From contig JBIIWL010000001.1 in the NCBI GenBank assembly GCA_044338885.1, positions 1-29,244 of the forward strand: a stretch of DNA of 29,244 nucleotides, given 5' to 3'. The position numbers and the translations under genes are program-made. Under the pieces are notes generated by a model. It had not been told where the DNA came from. It worked only from the letters and a program-made list of their open reading frames with translations, and made no database searches. Source of the DNA: Fibrobacteria bacterium. Lineage in GTDB: Bacteria > Fibrobacterota > Fibrobacteria > UBA11236. Positions 1 to 9,954 of the stretch are shown here, piece after piece. Position 1 is the stretch's first letter; each line of letters opens with the position of its first letter.

Positions 1-112
1 TGGCCAAAACCGTCGTGATCGCAGCCGTCAAAGACGTCTTGCCGTGGTCGACGTGGCCGATCGTGCCGATGTTAACGTGCGGTTTGGTCCGCTCGAATTT
101 CGCTTTCGCCAT
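1..112 (-). CDS. tuf: Elongation factor Tu, 5' part (truncated by window edge)
   Basis: Reverse complement from the ATG at 112 reads [37 protein letters not shown], the EF-Tu N-terminus with its P-loop. A GGAG RBS lies upstream. It follows the Thr-Tyr-Gly-Thr tRNA cluster as in tufB operons. Confidence 0.98.
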   Translation of the reverse strand, partial: MAKAKFERTKPHVNIGTIGHVDHGKTSLTAAITTVLA

Positions 113-172
113 GATGCGCTCACTCCTGTGGAGATCAGTTTGTGGACAAGGGCCAAAAATTTAGGGCTGTGA

Positions 173-201
173 ATTATAGAAACAACAACTGGATTTGGCA
201 T
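173..201 (-). promoter_or_regulatory. Possible sigma70-type promoter for tuf
   Basis: Perfect TATAAT at 178-173 on the minus strand, with a weak -35 (ATGCCA, 201-196) at 17-bp spacing. Confidence 0.35.
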
Positions 202-378
202 CGGTTTCAACACTTAATCCGTTTTTCTTCATTCACTTAGGCGAGGAGGGTGGCGGAGGCACAGGGGGTCGGCCGGGGGCCAGGCGGGGTCGGACTCGGT
301 GGTAATCCCGGTCAAGGCATGGTCTTGAGGCCTCGCGGAATCAGTTGAAAATGGGCCCTGCTGCTATACTAGGGCCTC

Positions 379-431
379 AAGTCCTCACCCCCGGCCCCTC
401 TCCAGCATAGCTGGAGAGGGGGGCCCTTCCG
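379..431 (+). repeat. Palindromic REP/MITE-like element, copy 1
   Basis: AAGTCCTCACCCCCGGCCCCTCTCCAGCATAGCTGGAGAGGGGGGCCCTTCCG contains a perfect 12-bp stem (395-406/410-421) with an ATA loop. Near-identical copies lie at 1361-1413 and 6699-6746. Confidence 0.9.
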
Positions 432-647
432 GTGTCCCTAAAAAGAAGGGTGGGCACCCAGAGGCCCCAACCCCCACCCCCAAATTCTGCCTTTTGGAGT
501 GAAATTCTGGCCTAAAGAGGGGTTATCGGGCTAATACTGAGCACAAAATCGCCCGAATGAGACCAAAGAGGCTCGAAGGAGCCGCGGCTGTGGATCTGAA
601 CGTGCGGGGAGACTCTTTGAGAGCCAAGCTCGAGGATTTGCTCCGAG

Positions 648-722
<75 letters not shown>

Positions 723-792
723 AAAAACCACCGGAACACTCGAAAAACCGTAAAACAGTGGTTTTGCGACCGTACTCACTTCAAGAACGCGG

Positions 793-868
793 TGGAGCGA
801 GCTAACGGACTCGAACCGTCAACAGCCACCTTGGAAGGGTGGTACTCTACCAATTGAGTTAAGCTCGC
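793..868 (-). tRNA. tRNA-Gly(TCC), CCA encoded
   Basis: GCGAGCT/AGCTCGC acceptor stem, CCACC-CTTCCAA-GGTGG anticodon arm, GTTCGAGTC T-loop, 3' TCCA. Confidence 0.97.
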
Positions 869-907
869 CCGACCACTGTGTCCTGAACCTGATTCGTCAG
901 CTTGAAA

Positions 908-989
908 TGGGCCGAAGTGGATTTGAACCACTGTAGGCGAAGCCAGCGGATTTACAGTCCGCCCCCATTAACCACTCGGGCATCGACCC
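908..989 (-). tRNA. tRNA-Tyr(GTA), CCA not encoded
   Basis: GGGTCGA/TCGGCCC acceptor stem, GCGGA-CTGTAAA-TCCGC anticodon arm, long variable arm. The discriminator A is followed by TTT. Confidence 0.96.
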
Positions 990-1048
990 TTTTCAAGCCC
1001 TGCTGTGCGTGCGTTGCCGCGTACACTGCAGACGTCAAACGGTAGGAA

Positions 1049-1121
1049 AGCCAACGAAGGGACTCGAACCCCCGACCCTCTGATTACAAATCAGAAGCTC
1101 TACCAACTGAGCTACGTTGGC
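1049..1121 (-). tRNA. tRNA-Thr(TGT), CCA not encoded
   Basis: GCCAACG/CGTTGGC acceptor stem, TCTGA-TTTGTAA-TCAGA anticodon arm, GGTTCGAGTCC T-arm. Confidence 0.97.
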
Positions 1122-1233
1122 CCGAATCTCACCGTTGGTCCGCCGAAATTGCGCGGGGCGAACCCCGTGCGTTTTGACTGAACCACGACGGGCTGGTTAA
1201 AGTCCCATCGTTCCCCGATCTACGGGGTCGCAA

Positions 1234-1263
1234 AATCTAATCAAGGCATGGGGGCATTTCCAA
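1234..1263 (-). promoter_or_regulatory. Possible promoter of the tRNA-tuf operon
   Basis: TTGGAA-18 nt-TAGATT on the minus strand, followed by a GC-rich discriminator-like stretch, about 110 nt upstream of tRNA-Thr(TGT). Confidence 0.3.
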
Positions 1264-1360
1264 AGGATTTTTATTGGGGGGGGTGTTCAGGCCGCAGGGT
1301 TACCCTCAGCCCCGCCTTCGCGGGGCCAGGCTCCCGACCCTCTCGTTGTTGTAAAGACCG

Positions 1361-1413
1361 CGGAAGGGCCCCCCTCTCCAGCTATGCTGGAGAGGGGTTG
1401 GGGGTGAGGACTT
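1361..1413 (-). repeat. Palindromic REP/MITE-like element, copy 2
   Basis: The reverse complement equals copy 1 over 53 bp except GG to AA at the variable dinucleotide. Confidence 0.9.
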
Positions 1414-1427
1414 GTGCCTTAGCTTGT

Positions 1428-1450
1428 GAGAGGGGTTGGGGGTGAGGACT
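1428..1450 (-). repeat. Partial (23-bp) direct duplicate of the repeat arm
   Basis: GAGAGGGGTTGGGGGTGAGGACT is identical to 1390-1412 and lacks the hairpin. Confidence 0.85.
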
Positions 1451-1503
1451 ACGTCCCAGAACAGTTTAAGGTCCACAATCCATACCGAACCTATGTTTCC
1501 ACT

Positions 1504-2883
1504 ATGACCCCCGTTTTGCCACAACCCCTATTGACCATCGCCGCTGATATTAAGGCCGCGGGTGGTGAGGCGTACCTTGTGGGCGGCTGGGTGCGCGACT
1601 ATTTGATGGGTATCCCGTGCGGTGATTTTGATCTAGAAGTGTACGGTTTGGCGGTCGACCCGCTGCTGGCGATCTTGAAGAAGCACGGTAAGCCGAATAT
1701 GGTGGGCAAGGCCTTCGGCGTGATCACCATGACTTTGCGCGACGGCAGCATTTACGACATCGCGTTTCCGCGCACCGAAAAAAAGGTGGGCGACGGCCAT
1801 CGCGGGTTCGACGTCACACCCGATCCGCATCTTGATTTTGCGACCGCATCATCGCGTCGCGACTTTACCGTGAACGCGATGGGCTTGCGTTTGCCTGATC
1901 TTGAATTGATCGACTGTCATGGCGGCCGCGCCGACCTTGACGCAAAGCTGTTACGCCACGTCTCACCGGCGTTCTCAGAAGACCCGCTGCGCGCCCTGCG
2001 TGCGGTGCAATTCGCCGCGCGCTTCGACTTCGACATCGCGCCGCTCACGCAGGCGCTGTGCGCCGTGCAGCCGCTCGAAGAACTGCCGCGCGAGCGCTTG
2101 TTTGCCGAGTTTAAAAAGTTGATGCTGAAATCGGCGCGCCCCTCGATTGGTTTTGAATGGATGCGCCGCATGAACATGCTGCGCTACTTCCCCGAGCTGG
2201 CGGCGCTGATCGGCGTGCCGCAAGAGCCCGAGTGGCACCCTGAGGGCGATGTGTGGACGCATACCATGATGGTGGTCGACCAAGCCGCACGTTTGCGCAC
2301 CTCCAAATATTCAGAGACGGAAAACCTCGGGCTGATGTTCGGCGCGCTGTGCCACGATTTGGGTAAAGCCACCACGACGCTCTTTAAAGATGAGCGCTGG
2401 CGCAGCCCCGCACACGAAGGTCGCGGCGAAAAACCGGCGCGCGCGTTTTTGGGGCGGCTCACCAACGAGGCGGGTCTCATCGACGAGGTCGCGAACTACG
2501 TGCGTGAGCATCTCAAACCGTCGCAACTGTATAACGTGCGGCACGAGTTGCGGCCCGCGGCGATTCGCCGCTTGGCGCTGCGCATCGATATTGAAAAGCT
2601 GGTGCGCCTGTCGCGGGCCGACCATTTGGGGCGCACGTCGGAAGAGGCGCTGGCGGGTCAGTTCCCCGCGGGCGATTGGCTGCTTGAGGAGTCGAAGAAC
2701 CTCGACGTATTGGCCCAAAAGCCGATGCCGTTTTTAACGGGCAAGTATTTGCTCTCGATCGGACTTAAACCGGGGCCGGAGCTGGGGCGGCTGATTCAGG
2801 AAAGCTTCGAGCTTCAGCTCGAGGGTGATTTGGCGGACGTCGCGGCCGCCGAGGCGTGGGCGCGGGGCCGGATGGCACAATGA
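1504..2883 (+). CDS. cca: CCA tRNA nucleotidyltransferase with HD domain
   Basis: Motifs LVGGWVRD, DFDLEV (DxD), RRDFTVNAM, EDPLRALRA, HPEGDVWTHT and CHDLGK. The flexible loop RTEKKVGDGHRGF is retained. Start placed at ATG 1504 because the longer ORF start runs through the repeat. Confidence 0.9.
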   Translation: MTPVLPQPLLTIAADIKAAGGEAYLVGGWVRDYLMGIPCGDFDLEVYGLAVDPLLAILKKHGKPNMVGKAFGVITMTLRDGSIYDIAFPRTEKKVGDGHRGFDVTPDPHLDFATASSRRDFTVNAMGLRLPDLELIDCHGGRADLDAKLLRHVSPAFSEDPLRALRAVQFAARFDFDIAPLTQALCAVQPLEELPRERLFAEFKKLMLKSARPSIGFEWMRRMNMLRYFPELAALIGVPQEPEWHPEGDVWTHTMMVVDQAARLRTSKYSETENLGLMFGALCHDLGKATTTLFKDERWRSPAHEGRGEKPARAFLGRLTNEAGLIDEVANYVREHLKPSQLYNVRHELRPAAIRRLALRIDIEKLVRLSRADHLGRTSEEALAGQFPAGDWLLEESKNLDVLAQKPMPFLTGKYLLSIGLKPGPELGRLIQESFELQLEGDLADVAAAEAWARGRMAQ

Positions 2884-2961
2884 TGGTGGGAATCGGCCCC
2901 GGTAGGGGCAAATGATTTTTTGCCCCTACATACGCCCACGCACCTAACCTATTTTCCCCCT

Positions 2962-3528
2962 ATGATCTCAGACCTTCGTGCCGACTGGCGGGCCATCTAC
3001 CGCAACGACCCCGCCGCCCAAGGGCTTCAACCTTTGCTCTACCCGGGCCTGCACGCCCAGGTGCTGCACCGTTGCTTCGCGCACCCGCTGTACAATATCG
3101 GGCTGTTCTTCTTGGCGCGCCTTGTGTCTGAAATCTCGCGCTTTCTCACCGGCATCGAAATTCACCCCGGTGCCAAAATCGGCCCTGGGCTTTTCATCGA
3201 TCACGGCCATGGCATTGTGATCGGCGAAACCGCGATCATCGGTGATGACTGCATTCTGTTCCACCGGGTCACGCTCGGCGGCACGGGTAAGCACGGCGGC
3301 AAGCGTCACCCCACCATCGGCAGCCGCGTGCTGATCGGCACCAACGCGACGCTCTTAGGCCCGATCACTGTGGGCAACGACGTTAAGATCGGTGCGGAGA
3401 CGGTTGTGATCATGCACGACATCCCCAGCGACTGCACCGTCGTCGGTGCGCCGGGGCATATCGTCAAGCTCAACGGTCAACGTATGGAGCGCAAGCTCGA
3501 GCGGACGGTGGAGCCGTCGGCAACTTAA
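2962..3528 (+). CDS. cysE: Serine O-acetyltransferase
   Basis: [55 protein letters not shown] and hexapeptide repeats. ATG at 2962. Confidence 0.93.
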   Translation: MISDLRADWRAIYRNDPAAQGLQPLLYPGLHAQVLHRCFAHPLYNIGLFFLARLVSEISRFLTGIEIHPGAKIGPGLFIDHGHGIVIGETAIIGDDCILFHRVTLGGTGKHGGKRHPTIGSRVLIGTNATLLGPITVGNDVKIGAETVVIMHDIPSDCTVVGAPGHIVKLNGQRMERKLERTVEPSAT

Positions 3529-4247
3529 TCCTTCGGCGAAACCAGCGGCGTAACGGGAGCCTTTGCGCCCTCAGGCATTTTCTCCATACGCCGCCCACGC
3601 AGATCGAAGATGTCTCGCTTGATCTTTGAATCTTTCGAGTCCCGCAACCCCTGCAAGATCACCGATAGACTCGGGTATTGCTGTGTGCCCCGCACGATCA
3701 GAGTGTCTCGTCCCCGGCTATTTTTAGCTGTGAAAATCATTCGAAAACAAATGGTGTCTCCTGCCGCGGCGGTGACGGCCTTCTTGGCGAGCGGCACAGG
3801 GGCGTCGATTTCAAAGTCATAAAGATTGCGGCTGGCCTGAACTTCAATAGAACCGAAGCCACTGATGGGCGTAAACGAGCAGCTTGTGGTAGAGGGGCAA
3901 TACGCACCTCCCCAATAAGCGCTACGCCCAGCGTATGAGGGGGAAAGCTGTCCATTTTTGGTGCTGTCATAGAGCACAAAACCAAACGTCATATTATCAA
4001 AGAAAGCTTGAACTTTTTCGATATAGAGCGAGTCGAAAGTCAGGGGAGACGCACCCTGATTCACAACGGCCACCTTGTTGGTATAGGGGAAAAAGTAGCG
4101 CTGCCCGTTTACGGTCATTGTGTCGGTACCGGATTGACCTTCGTAGACCGTGTCTTTTGAAAAGGCCCAGGTGCGGGTTTGAGCACTCGTCGAGGAGAAA
4201 AAACCCGATAAGGCAAGCCCACAAAGTAAGTGTAATGCTCGGCTCAT
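3525..4247 (-). CDS. Exported hypothetical protein with short C-terminal FDLRGR-type tail
   Basis: ATG at 4247 with an upstream GGAG. Signal peptide [22 protein letters not shown], beta-rich body, C-terminal [10 protein letters not shown]. Its stop overlaps the cysE stop (TTAA). Confidence 0.75.
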   Translation of the reverse strand: MSRALHLLCGLALSGFFSSTSAQTRTWAFSKDTVYEGQSGTDTMTVNGQRYFFPYTNKVAVVNQGASPLTFDSLYIEKVQAFFDNMTFGFVLYDSTKNGQLSPSYAGRSAYWGGAYCPSTTSCSFTPISGFGSIEVQASRNLYDFEIDAPVPLAKKAVTAAAGDTICFRMIFTAKNSRGRDTLIVRGTQQYPSLSVILQGLRDSKDSKIKRDIFDLRGRRMEKMPEGAKAPVTPLVSPKD

Positions 4248-4447
4248 AAAAATCTCCCCTCCAATCTCATGCTCGAAAACACAATCACCAATTCTATCTA
4301 GGTCGGCGCAGTGACGATCCAACTGACAATTTACCCCCCGCCACTTCAAATACAAGTCATACCCGCGACTGTGAAAACATTTTACCCTGATCTGTTTGAC
4401 CGCTAAATCTTCGTCGTCTCTTTCTGCGTTCGCTACTATTCTCCCCC

Positions 4448-5626
4448 ATGCACATCCTCGTCGACGAAAACATCCCCCAAGGCCGTGAGGTCTTTAGCGC
4501 CTACGGCACCGTCTCCACCTTCCACGGCCGCAAGCTCACCGCCGCCGAGGTACGTACCAGCGGCGCCGACGCCCTGCTCGTCCGCAGTATCACCAAGGTC
4601 AACGCCGACCTATTGAGCGGGTCAAACGTCAAATTCGTCGGCACCGCCACCATCGGCGTCGACCATATCGATCAAGACTATTTGCGCGCCCACAACATCG
4701 GCTTTAGCGCAGCACCCGGCTGCAATGCCCGCTCGGTGGCTGAATATTTTGTCGCCGCGCTGCTCCACCTGCACGTCAAACACAGCGTGTTTCCCGAAGG
4801 ATTAGAGGGCAAGACGCTCGGCATCGTCGGTCACGGCAACGTGGGCAAACAAGTGGCCGCCATCGCGCCTGCGCTCGGCCTTAAAGTGCTCGTCAGCGAT
4901 CCGCCACTGGCAGATGCTGGCGCGACACCGCCGCCCGGCGGATTCAAAACACTGCACGAACTCGCGGCGCAGTGCGACATCATCACCATGCATACGCCGC
5001 TCACCAAAACCGGCGCGCACCCCACGCTGCACATGGCCAACAGCGCGTTCTACAATGCGCTCGCCAAACCGATCGTACTCATGAACATGGGGCGCGGAGA
5101 GGCTATGGACGAAGCCGCGCTGATCGAAGCGGTCGACTCGGGGAAGGTGCGACATCTCGTGCTAGACGTCTTCCCCGGTGAACCGAATGTGAACCCCGAA
5201 CTGGGCACACGCGCCGACTTGATTTCGCCTCACATCGCGGGCTACTCAATCCAGGGCAAACTCAACGGCACCACACAAATTCATAACGCCTTCTGCACAC
5301 ACTTCGGGCTGCGCTCACAAAGCGGCGTCGAATACCCCAAACCCATTGCGCCGCTGATTCACTTCGGCCTGCTCGCCATACCCGCCGACGCGACGGTGGA
5401 GACCGAACTGGACGCCGTCGTGCGTCACGCCTACACCATCACCCGTGACGATGCTGATTTGCGTGGGTTTTTGGGTGACGCTGACTTTGCCACCTCGTTC
5501 GACGGGTTACGAAAGCGTTACCCCGTGCGCCAAGAATTCGCAGGATTCACCGTTCGGGACGTGCCGCACGAAAAAAAATGGGTAGCCGAAAAATTAACAG
5601 CCTTGGGTTTTCGCGTCGAAAACTGA
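4448..5626 (+). CDS. pdxB: Erythronate-4-phosphate dehydrogenase
   Basis: ILVDENIP, ADALLVRSITKV, FVGTATIGVDHID, APGCNARSVAEY, GIVGHGNVG, PHIAGYS and the PdxB C-terminal FDGLRKRYPVRQEF. Confidence 0.93.
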   Translation: MHILVDENIPQGREVFSAYGTVSTFHGRKLTAAEVRTSGADALLVRSITKVNADLLSGSNVKFVGTATIGVDHIDQDYLRAHNIGFSAAPGCNARSVAEYFVAALLHLHVKHSVFPEGLEGKTLGIVGHGNVGKQVAAIAPALGLKVLVSDPPLADAGATPPPGGFKTLHELAAQCDIITMHTPLTKTGAHPTLHMANSAFYNALAKPIVLMNMGRGEAMDEAALIEAVDSGKVRHLVLDVFPGEPNVNPELGTRADLISPHIAGYSIQGKLNGTTQIHNAFCTHFGLRSQSGVEYPKPIAPLIHFGLLAIPADATVETELDAVVRHAYTITRDDADLRGFLGDADFATSFDGLRKRYPVRQEFAGFTVRDVPHEKKWVAEKLTALGFRVEN

Positions 5627-5894
5627 GGTTCGGTTTTGGGCTGGTGACCCAAAGTTTTCAACATATGGTCAATCTTGCCCAGAATGGCCTATCACCCCTA
5701 TAAAATGGGGGTAAAACCAACGTGGTCACACCTTTGTGGTGGTTTGTGGGCCACCGGATTTTTTAGCCGCGACACGGTATGTTGAACGTACACCGCGGGG
5801 TGACGACAAAAAACAGAATCCGAAAATGATTCTGTGACCACCTCCACGGCCATTGCTTGTGACGATCCCTTCACCCCCGGGAAAGGAGACTCCA

Positions 5895-6668
5895 ATGTCC
5901 GCATCGCTGTTCTCTCAAGACACCGCCGTACGTCACGTGTTACGCCAACGCCCGCGCCTCGCCGAACACCTTGCGGCATTCGGGGCGGAGCCGTGGGAGC
6001 GCCCCCAGGCCACGCTCAACGAACTCTTCCGCAATCGTGAGACACTTGAAAAATTTATGGCCATGGCCGAAGCACTCCCCGTGCCCGAAGGGCCGCGGCA
6101 CTTGGAAAACTGGGTCGATCAACCGGCCTCGCACCTCGCCGACCACCTCACCCAACACCACCGCGACTTCTTCAACGTCACGCTCCCCGACATCGCGGGA
6201 CTATTTCGCGACTGGGATTCGCTCGACCCTGAGATCACAGAACTGCGCGATGACTTCAACCGCTTTATCGCGACCATGCGTCGCGAGATCGAGTATGAAG
6301 AAGAACTGTTCTTCCCCCGCGTACTGCGGTACGACGCCTGCCTGCGCGACCCGCGGGTGAACCCTGAATTCAACGGCGGGTCTTTACGGGTGGCGGTCGC
6401 CTACAGAAAAAGTCACGTCACCGGCGTTCAGCCCGAACTGCTGGACCGCATCACCACCCGGATGCGCGACACCCATGCCTACCAAGACGGCAATGCGTGG
6501 GCCGAGCTGTTGACCGCCCGCCTGGAAGATTTCAAGGGGCAATTTGAGGAGCACGAGCGCCTCGAAGCCGATGTGCTCTACCCCATGGCCCTCGAAATGG
6601 AAACCACGCTATACAACCTCTCGATTGCAGGCGTGAAAACCCCGGTGAATCAGGGGGTTGGTGTGTAG
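5895..6668 (+). CDS. Hemerythrin-domain protein, RIC/YtfE-like
   Basis: AAGGAG RBS then ATG at 5895. ScdA-like N-terminus, LADHLTQHH, EEELFFP and HERLEADVLYP segments typical of RIC hemerythrin domains. Confidence 0.7.
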   Translation: MSASLFSQDTAVRHVLRQRPRLAEHLAAFGAEPWERPQATLNELFRNRETLEKFMAMAEALPVPEGPRHLENWVDQPASHLADHLTQHHRDFFNVTLPDIAGLFRDWDSLDPEITELRDDFNRFIATMRREIEYEEELFFPRVLRYDACLRDPRVNPEFNGGSLRVAVAYRKSHVTGVQPELLDRITTRMRDTHAYQDGNAWAELLTARLEDFKGQFEEHERLEADVLYPMALEMETTLYNLSIAGVKTPVNQGVGV

Positions 6669-6698
6669 GCCTAAGGGATTTAGACTGGTTTTGGACGC

Positions 6699-6746
6699 AG
6701 TCCTCACCCCCGCCCCCTCTCCAGCATAGCTGGAGAGGGGGGCCCT
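6699..6746 (+). repeat. Palindromic REP/MITE-like element, copy 3
   Basis: The 48-bp core is identical to copy 1 except GG to GC. A 13-bp partial repeat, GAGGGGGGCCCTT, follows at 6769-6781. Confidence 0.9.
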
Positions 6747-6940
6747 CCCGCTGGCCTTACTCAAGAGTGAGGGGGGCCCTTGCTCTGGCCCCACAAAATC
6801 CCCCCTGTTTTCAGGGTATTCCAACCGTGATACAGGCCCTCGGTACGGCCTGTCTTTGCTAAATTGCCGAATCTCGATCTTTACCTACCAAAAAAAGACG
6901 AAGAGACGATTGTAGACAACACGCTAAAAGGAGTCCGGTC

Positions 6941-9745
6941 ATGGCGAAAGCCTCGAAATACGTTTACTTGTTCGGCGGAAAAAAGACGGACGGTGATTCG
7001 TCCATGCGCAACTTGCTCGGTGGCAAGGGCGCCAACCTCGCCGAGATGGCCAAGATCGGCTTGCCCGTTCCGGCCGGCTTCACGATCACCACGGAAGTGT
7101 GCACCCACTACTACGCCAACAAGCGCACGTACCCGGCCGCGTTGCAAAAGCAAATCGAGGACGGCATCAAGCACCTCGAGTCGAGCATGGGTTTCAAGTT
7201 CGGCGACAAGAACAAGTTCCCGCTGCTGGTGGCCGTGCGCTCGGGCGCACGCGATTCCATGCCCGGCATGATGGACACGATTTTGAACCTCGGCCTCAAC
7301 GATGATAGCGTGCAGGCTTTGGTGAAGGCGACCGGCAACGAACGCTTTGCGTGGGATTGCTACCGCCGCTTTGTGCAGATGTACGGTGACGTGGTGCTCG
7401 GCGTTCAGAAAGAAGCCGGCGAAGATCACGAGCCGTTTGAAGTTGCGATCGAGACCCTGAAAAAAGAACGCCTGGGCAATGCCCACGCCGACGACAACGA
7501 TCTCTCCGCTGACGATTTGAAGGAAATGGTCGCCCGCTTCAAGAAGCTGGTCAAAGACCGCACCGGCAAGAGCTTCCCGACCAATCCGTGGGAACAACTC
7601 AAGGGTGCGATCGGCGCCGTGTTCTCCTCATGGATGAACGACCGCGCGATCGTGTACCGCCGCAAGTACGGCATCCCTGCCGAATGGGGTACCGCCGTCA
7701 ACGTGCAGGCCATGGTGTTCGGCAATACCGGCGAAGAGTCGGGTTCGGGCGTGGCCTTTACGCGTGACCCGGCGACGGGCGAAAAAGTGTTCTACGGCGA
7801 GTTCTTGATGAACGCGCAGGGCGAAGACGTGGTGGCCGGCGTACGTACGCCCGACGCCGTGGCCAAGTTGGCCGACAAGCAGCCCAAGTCGTACAAAGAG
7901 TTGGAGCGCATCCGCGGCGTGCTCGAGAAGCACTTCAAGGACATGCAGGATTTCGAGTTCACCATCCAAGACAAAAAGGTGTTCATGCTCCAGACCCGCG
8001 CCGGCAAGCGCACGGGTGTGGCCGCGGTGCGCATCGCGGTCGAAATGGTGAAAGAAAAGTTGATCGATTGGGAAACCGCCGTGATGCGCGTGCCCGCCGA
8101 ACAGCTCGACCAGGTTTTGGCACCGATCTTCGACCGCACCGCGGCGAAGAACGCGGCCGTGATCGCAACGGGTCTGCCTGCAGGCCCGGGCGCCGCGACC
8201 GGCAAGATCTACTTCAGCGCCGAGAAGGCCGTTGAAGCCGCCGACAAGGGCGAGAAGGTGTTGCTCGTGCGCGTGGAAACCTCGCCTGAGGATTTGCGCG
8301 GCATGATCGCAGCCGAAGGCATTCTGACCGCGCGCGGCGGCGTGTCCTCTCACGCGGCGCTCGTGGCCCGTCAGATGGGCAAGGTCTGCGTGTGCGGCGC
8401 TGCCGCATTGCACGTCGACTACGACAAGCGTACGCTGACCGTCGACGGTAAGGTCTACCGCGAAGGCGACTTCCTCTCCATCGACGGCACGGCCGGTACG
8501 GTGTGCGCGGGTGAAGTCAAGACCGCCGCCTCCGAAGTGGTGCAGGGCTTGGTCGAAGGCGATGCCACGGCGCGCAAGAGCCGTACGTTTGCCAACTTCC
8601 AGCAGCTGATGAAGTGGTGCGCGCAGTCGACCCGTATGGTCGTCCGCACGAACGCCGACAACCCCGAACAGACCCGCAACGCCGTGGCGTTCGGCGCCGT
8701 GGGCATCGGCCTCACGCGTACCGAGCACATGTTCTTTGAAGGCGATCGCATCGATGCCATGCGCGAGATGATTCTCGCCGGCTCGGTCGAAGCCCGTAAG
8801 GTCGCGCTCGCGAAGTTGCTCCCCTACCAGCGCGCAGACTTCCTCGGCATCTTCAAGGAATTGAAGGGCCTGCCGGCGACCATCCGCTTCTTGGATCCGC
8901 CGCTGCATGAGTTCTTGCCTCACAGCAAAGAACAGCAGATGGACCTCGCGCGCAAGATGGGCATTCCGGTCGAGAAGATCATCGCCCGCGTGCACGAACT
9001 CCACGAGTTCAACCCCATGCTCGGTTTCCGTGGCTGCCGTCTCGGCATCCGCTTCCCGGAAATCACCGAGATGCAGGCGCGCGCCGTGTTTGAAGCCGCC
9101 GCACTGGCCCAAAAGGCCGGCGTGAAGGCCAAGCCCGAAGTGATGATCCCGCTGGTCGGCTTCAAGAAAGAGCTCGACTTGCAGGTCGCCATCGTGCATG
9201 AGACCGCCAAGAAGGTCGAAGCGGAAAAGAAGATCAAGCTGTCCTACCAGGTCGGCACCATGATCGAAGTACCGCGCGGCGCCCTCACGGCTGACGAAAT
9301 CGCGCACACCGCGGAGTTCTTCAGCTTCGGCACCAACGACTTGACGCAGACCACCATGGGCATGAGCCGCGATGACTCGGGCTCGTTCCTCGGCGCGTAC
9401 CAAGAAGAAGAGATCGTGAAGAACAACCCGTTCGCCAGCATCGATGAGACCGGCGTGGGCCAGCTCATGGAGATCGCGATCGAGAAGGGCCGCAAGACCC
9501 GTCCCGATATCAAGCTCGGCATTTGCGGCGAACACGGTGGCGATCCGGCCTCTGTGAAGTTCTGCCACAAGATCGGCCTCGCTTACGTGAGCTGCTCGCC
9601 GTTCCGCGTGCCGATCGCTCGCCTCGCGGCAGCGCAGGCTGCGATCGCCGACAAGCGTGCGGCCGCCAAGGCTGGTAAGGCTTCGAAGGGTAAGGCTAAG
9701 CCTGCCTCCAAGAAGACCGCCAAAAAGGTCGCCAAGAAGAAGTAA
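6941..9745 (+). CDS. ppdK: Pyruvate, phosphate dikinase
   Basis: [56 protein letters not shown], phospho-His motif [53 protein letters not shown]. Confidence 0.98.
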   Translation: MAKASKYVYLFGGKKTDGDSSMRNLLGGKGANLAEMAKIGLPVPAGFTITTEVCTHYYANKRTYPAALQKQIEDGIKHLESSMGFKFGDKNKFPLLVAVRSGARDSMPGMMDTILNLGLNDDSVQALVKATGNERFAWDCYRRFVQMYGDVVLGVQKEAGEDHEPFEVAIETLKKERLGNAHADDNDLSADDLKEMVARFKKLVKDRTGKSFPTNPWEQLKGAIGAVFSSWMNDRAIVYRRKYGIPAEWGTAVNVQAMVFGNTGEESGSGVAFTRDPATGEKVFYGEFLMNAQGEDVVAGVRTPDAVAKLADKQPKSYKELERIRGVLEKHFKDMQDFEFTIQDKKVFMLQTRAGKRTGVAAVRIAVEMVKEKLIDWETAVMRVPAEQLDQVLAPIFDRTAAKNAAVIATGLPAGPGAATGKIYFSAEKAVEAADKGEKVLLVRVETSPEDLRGMIAAEGILTARGGVSSHAALVARQMGKVCVCGAAALHVDYDKRTLTVDGKVYREGDFLSIDGTAGTVCAGEVKTAASEVVQGLVEGDATARKSRTFANFQQLMKWCAQSTRMVVRTNADNPEQTRNAVAFGAVGIGLTRTEHMFFEGDRIDAMREMILAGSVEARKVALAKLLPYQRADFLGIFKELKGLPATIRFLDPPLHEFLPHSKEQQMDLARKMGIPVEKIIARVHELHEFNPMLGFRGCRLGIRFPEITEMQARAVFEAAALAQKAGVKAKPEVMIPLVGFKKELDLQVAIVHETAKKVEAEKKIKLSYQVGTMIEVPRGALTADEIAHTAEFFSFGTNDLTQTTMGMSRDDSGSFLGAYQEEEIVKNNPFASIDETGVGQLMEIAIEKGRKTRPDIKLGICGEHGGDPASVKFCHKIGLAYVSCSPFRVPIARLAAAQAAIADKRAAAKAGKASKGKAKPASKKTAKKVAKKK

Positions 9746-9783
9746 AAGTCGGGCGGAGTCATCCGCCGGATTTTGAAACGAAG

Positions 9784-9814
9784 AGGCCGGGGTCGCAAGA
9801 CTCCGGCCTTTTTT
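9784..9814 (+). terminator. Intrinsic terminator after ppdK
   Basis: AGGCCGGGGTC-GCAA-GACTCCGGCCT stem with a GNRA loop, followed by a T run. Confidence 0.85.
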
Positions 9815-9954
9815 GTTTAGCATCGTAAGGAAACGTTTCCAAACCTTTGCGAAGCATGAACCGCAGACGTGTAGAGCAAACACCTAAGGGTCGTAGCCCT
9901 CATTGTCTTGTAATTTGTCTGCTCTCACGACTTGAATCACCGACAGGAGTTTTC

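Noticed and set aside
248-289. Four G-tracts on the plus strand in the thrT-tuf spacer
   Set aside because: The first loop is 13 nt, so it is a weaker G4 candidate than 457-481 or 14315-14345.
345-370. Plus-strand TTGAAA...TGCTATACT promoter pointing into repeat copy 1
   Set aside because: The -35/-10 spacing is only 14 bp and the other copies lack an equivalent. An extended -10 alone is too weak.
3525-3528. Overlapping TAA stops of convergent cysE and the exported-protein gene
   Set aside because: Shared TTAA stops are a common compact arrangement.
5722-5841. 9-bp inverted repeat GTGGTCACA / TGTGACCAC upstream of the RIC-like gene
   Set aside because: The arms are about 100 bp apart, the match is plausible by chance, and it is not a proper CRP/FNR site.
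7628-9883. 751-aa antisense ORF (and 6881-7597) over ppdK
   Set aside because: Shadow frame of a strongly codon-biased GC-rich gene, with no motifs or RBS.
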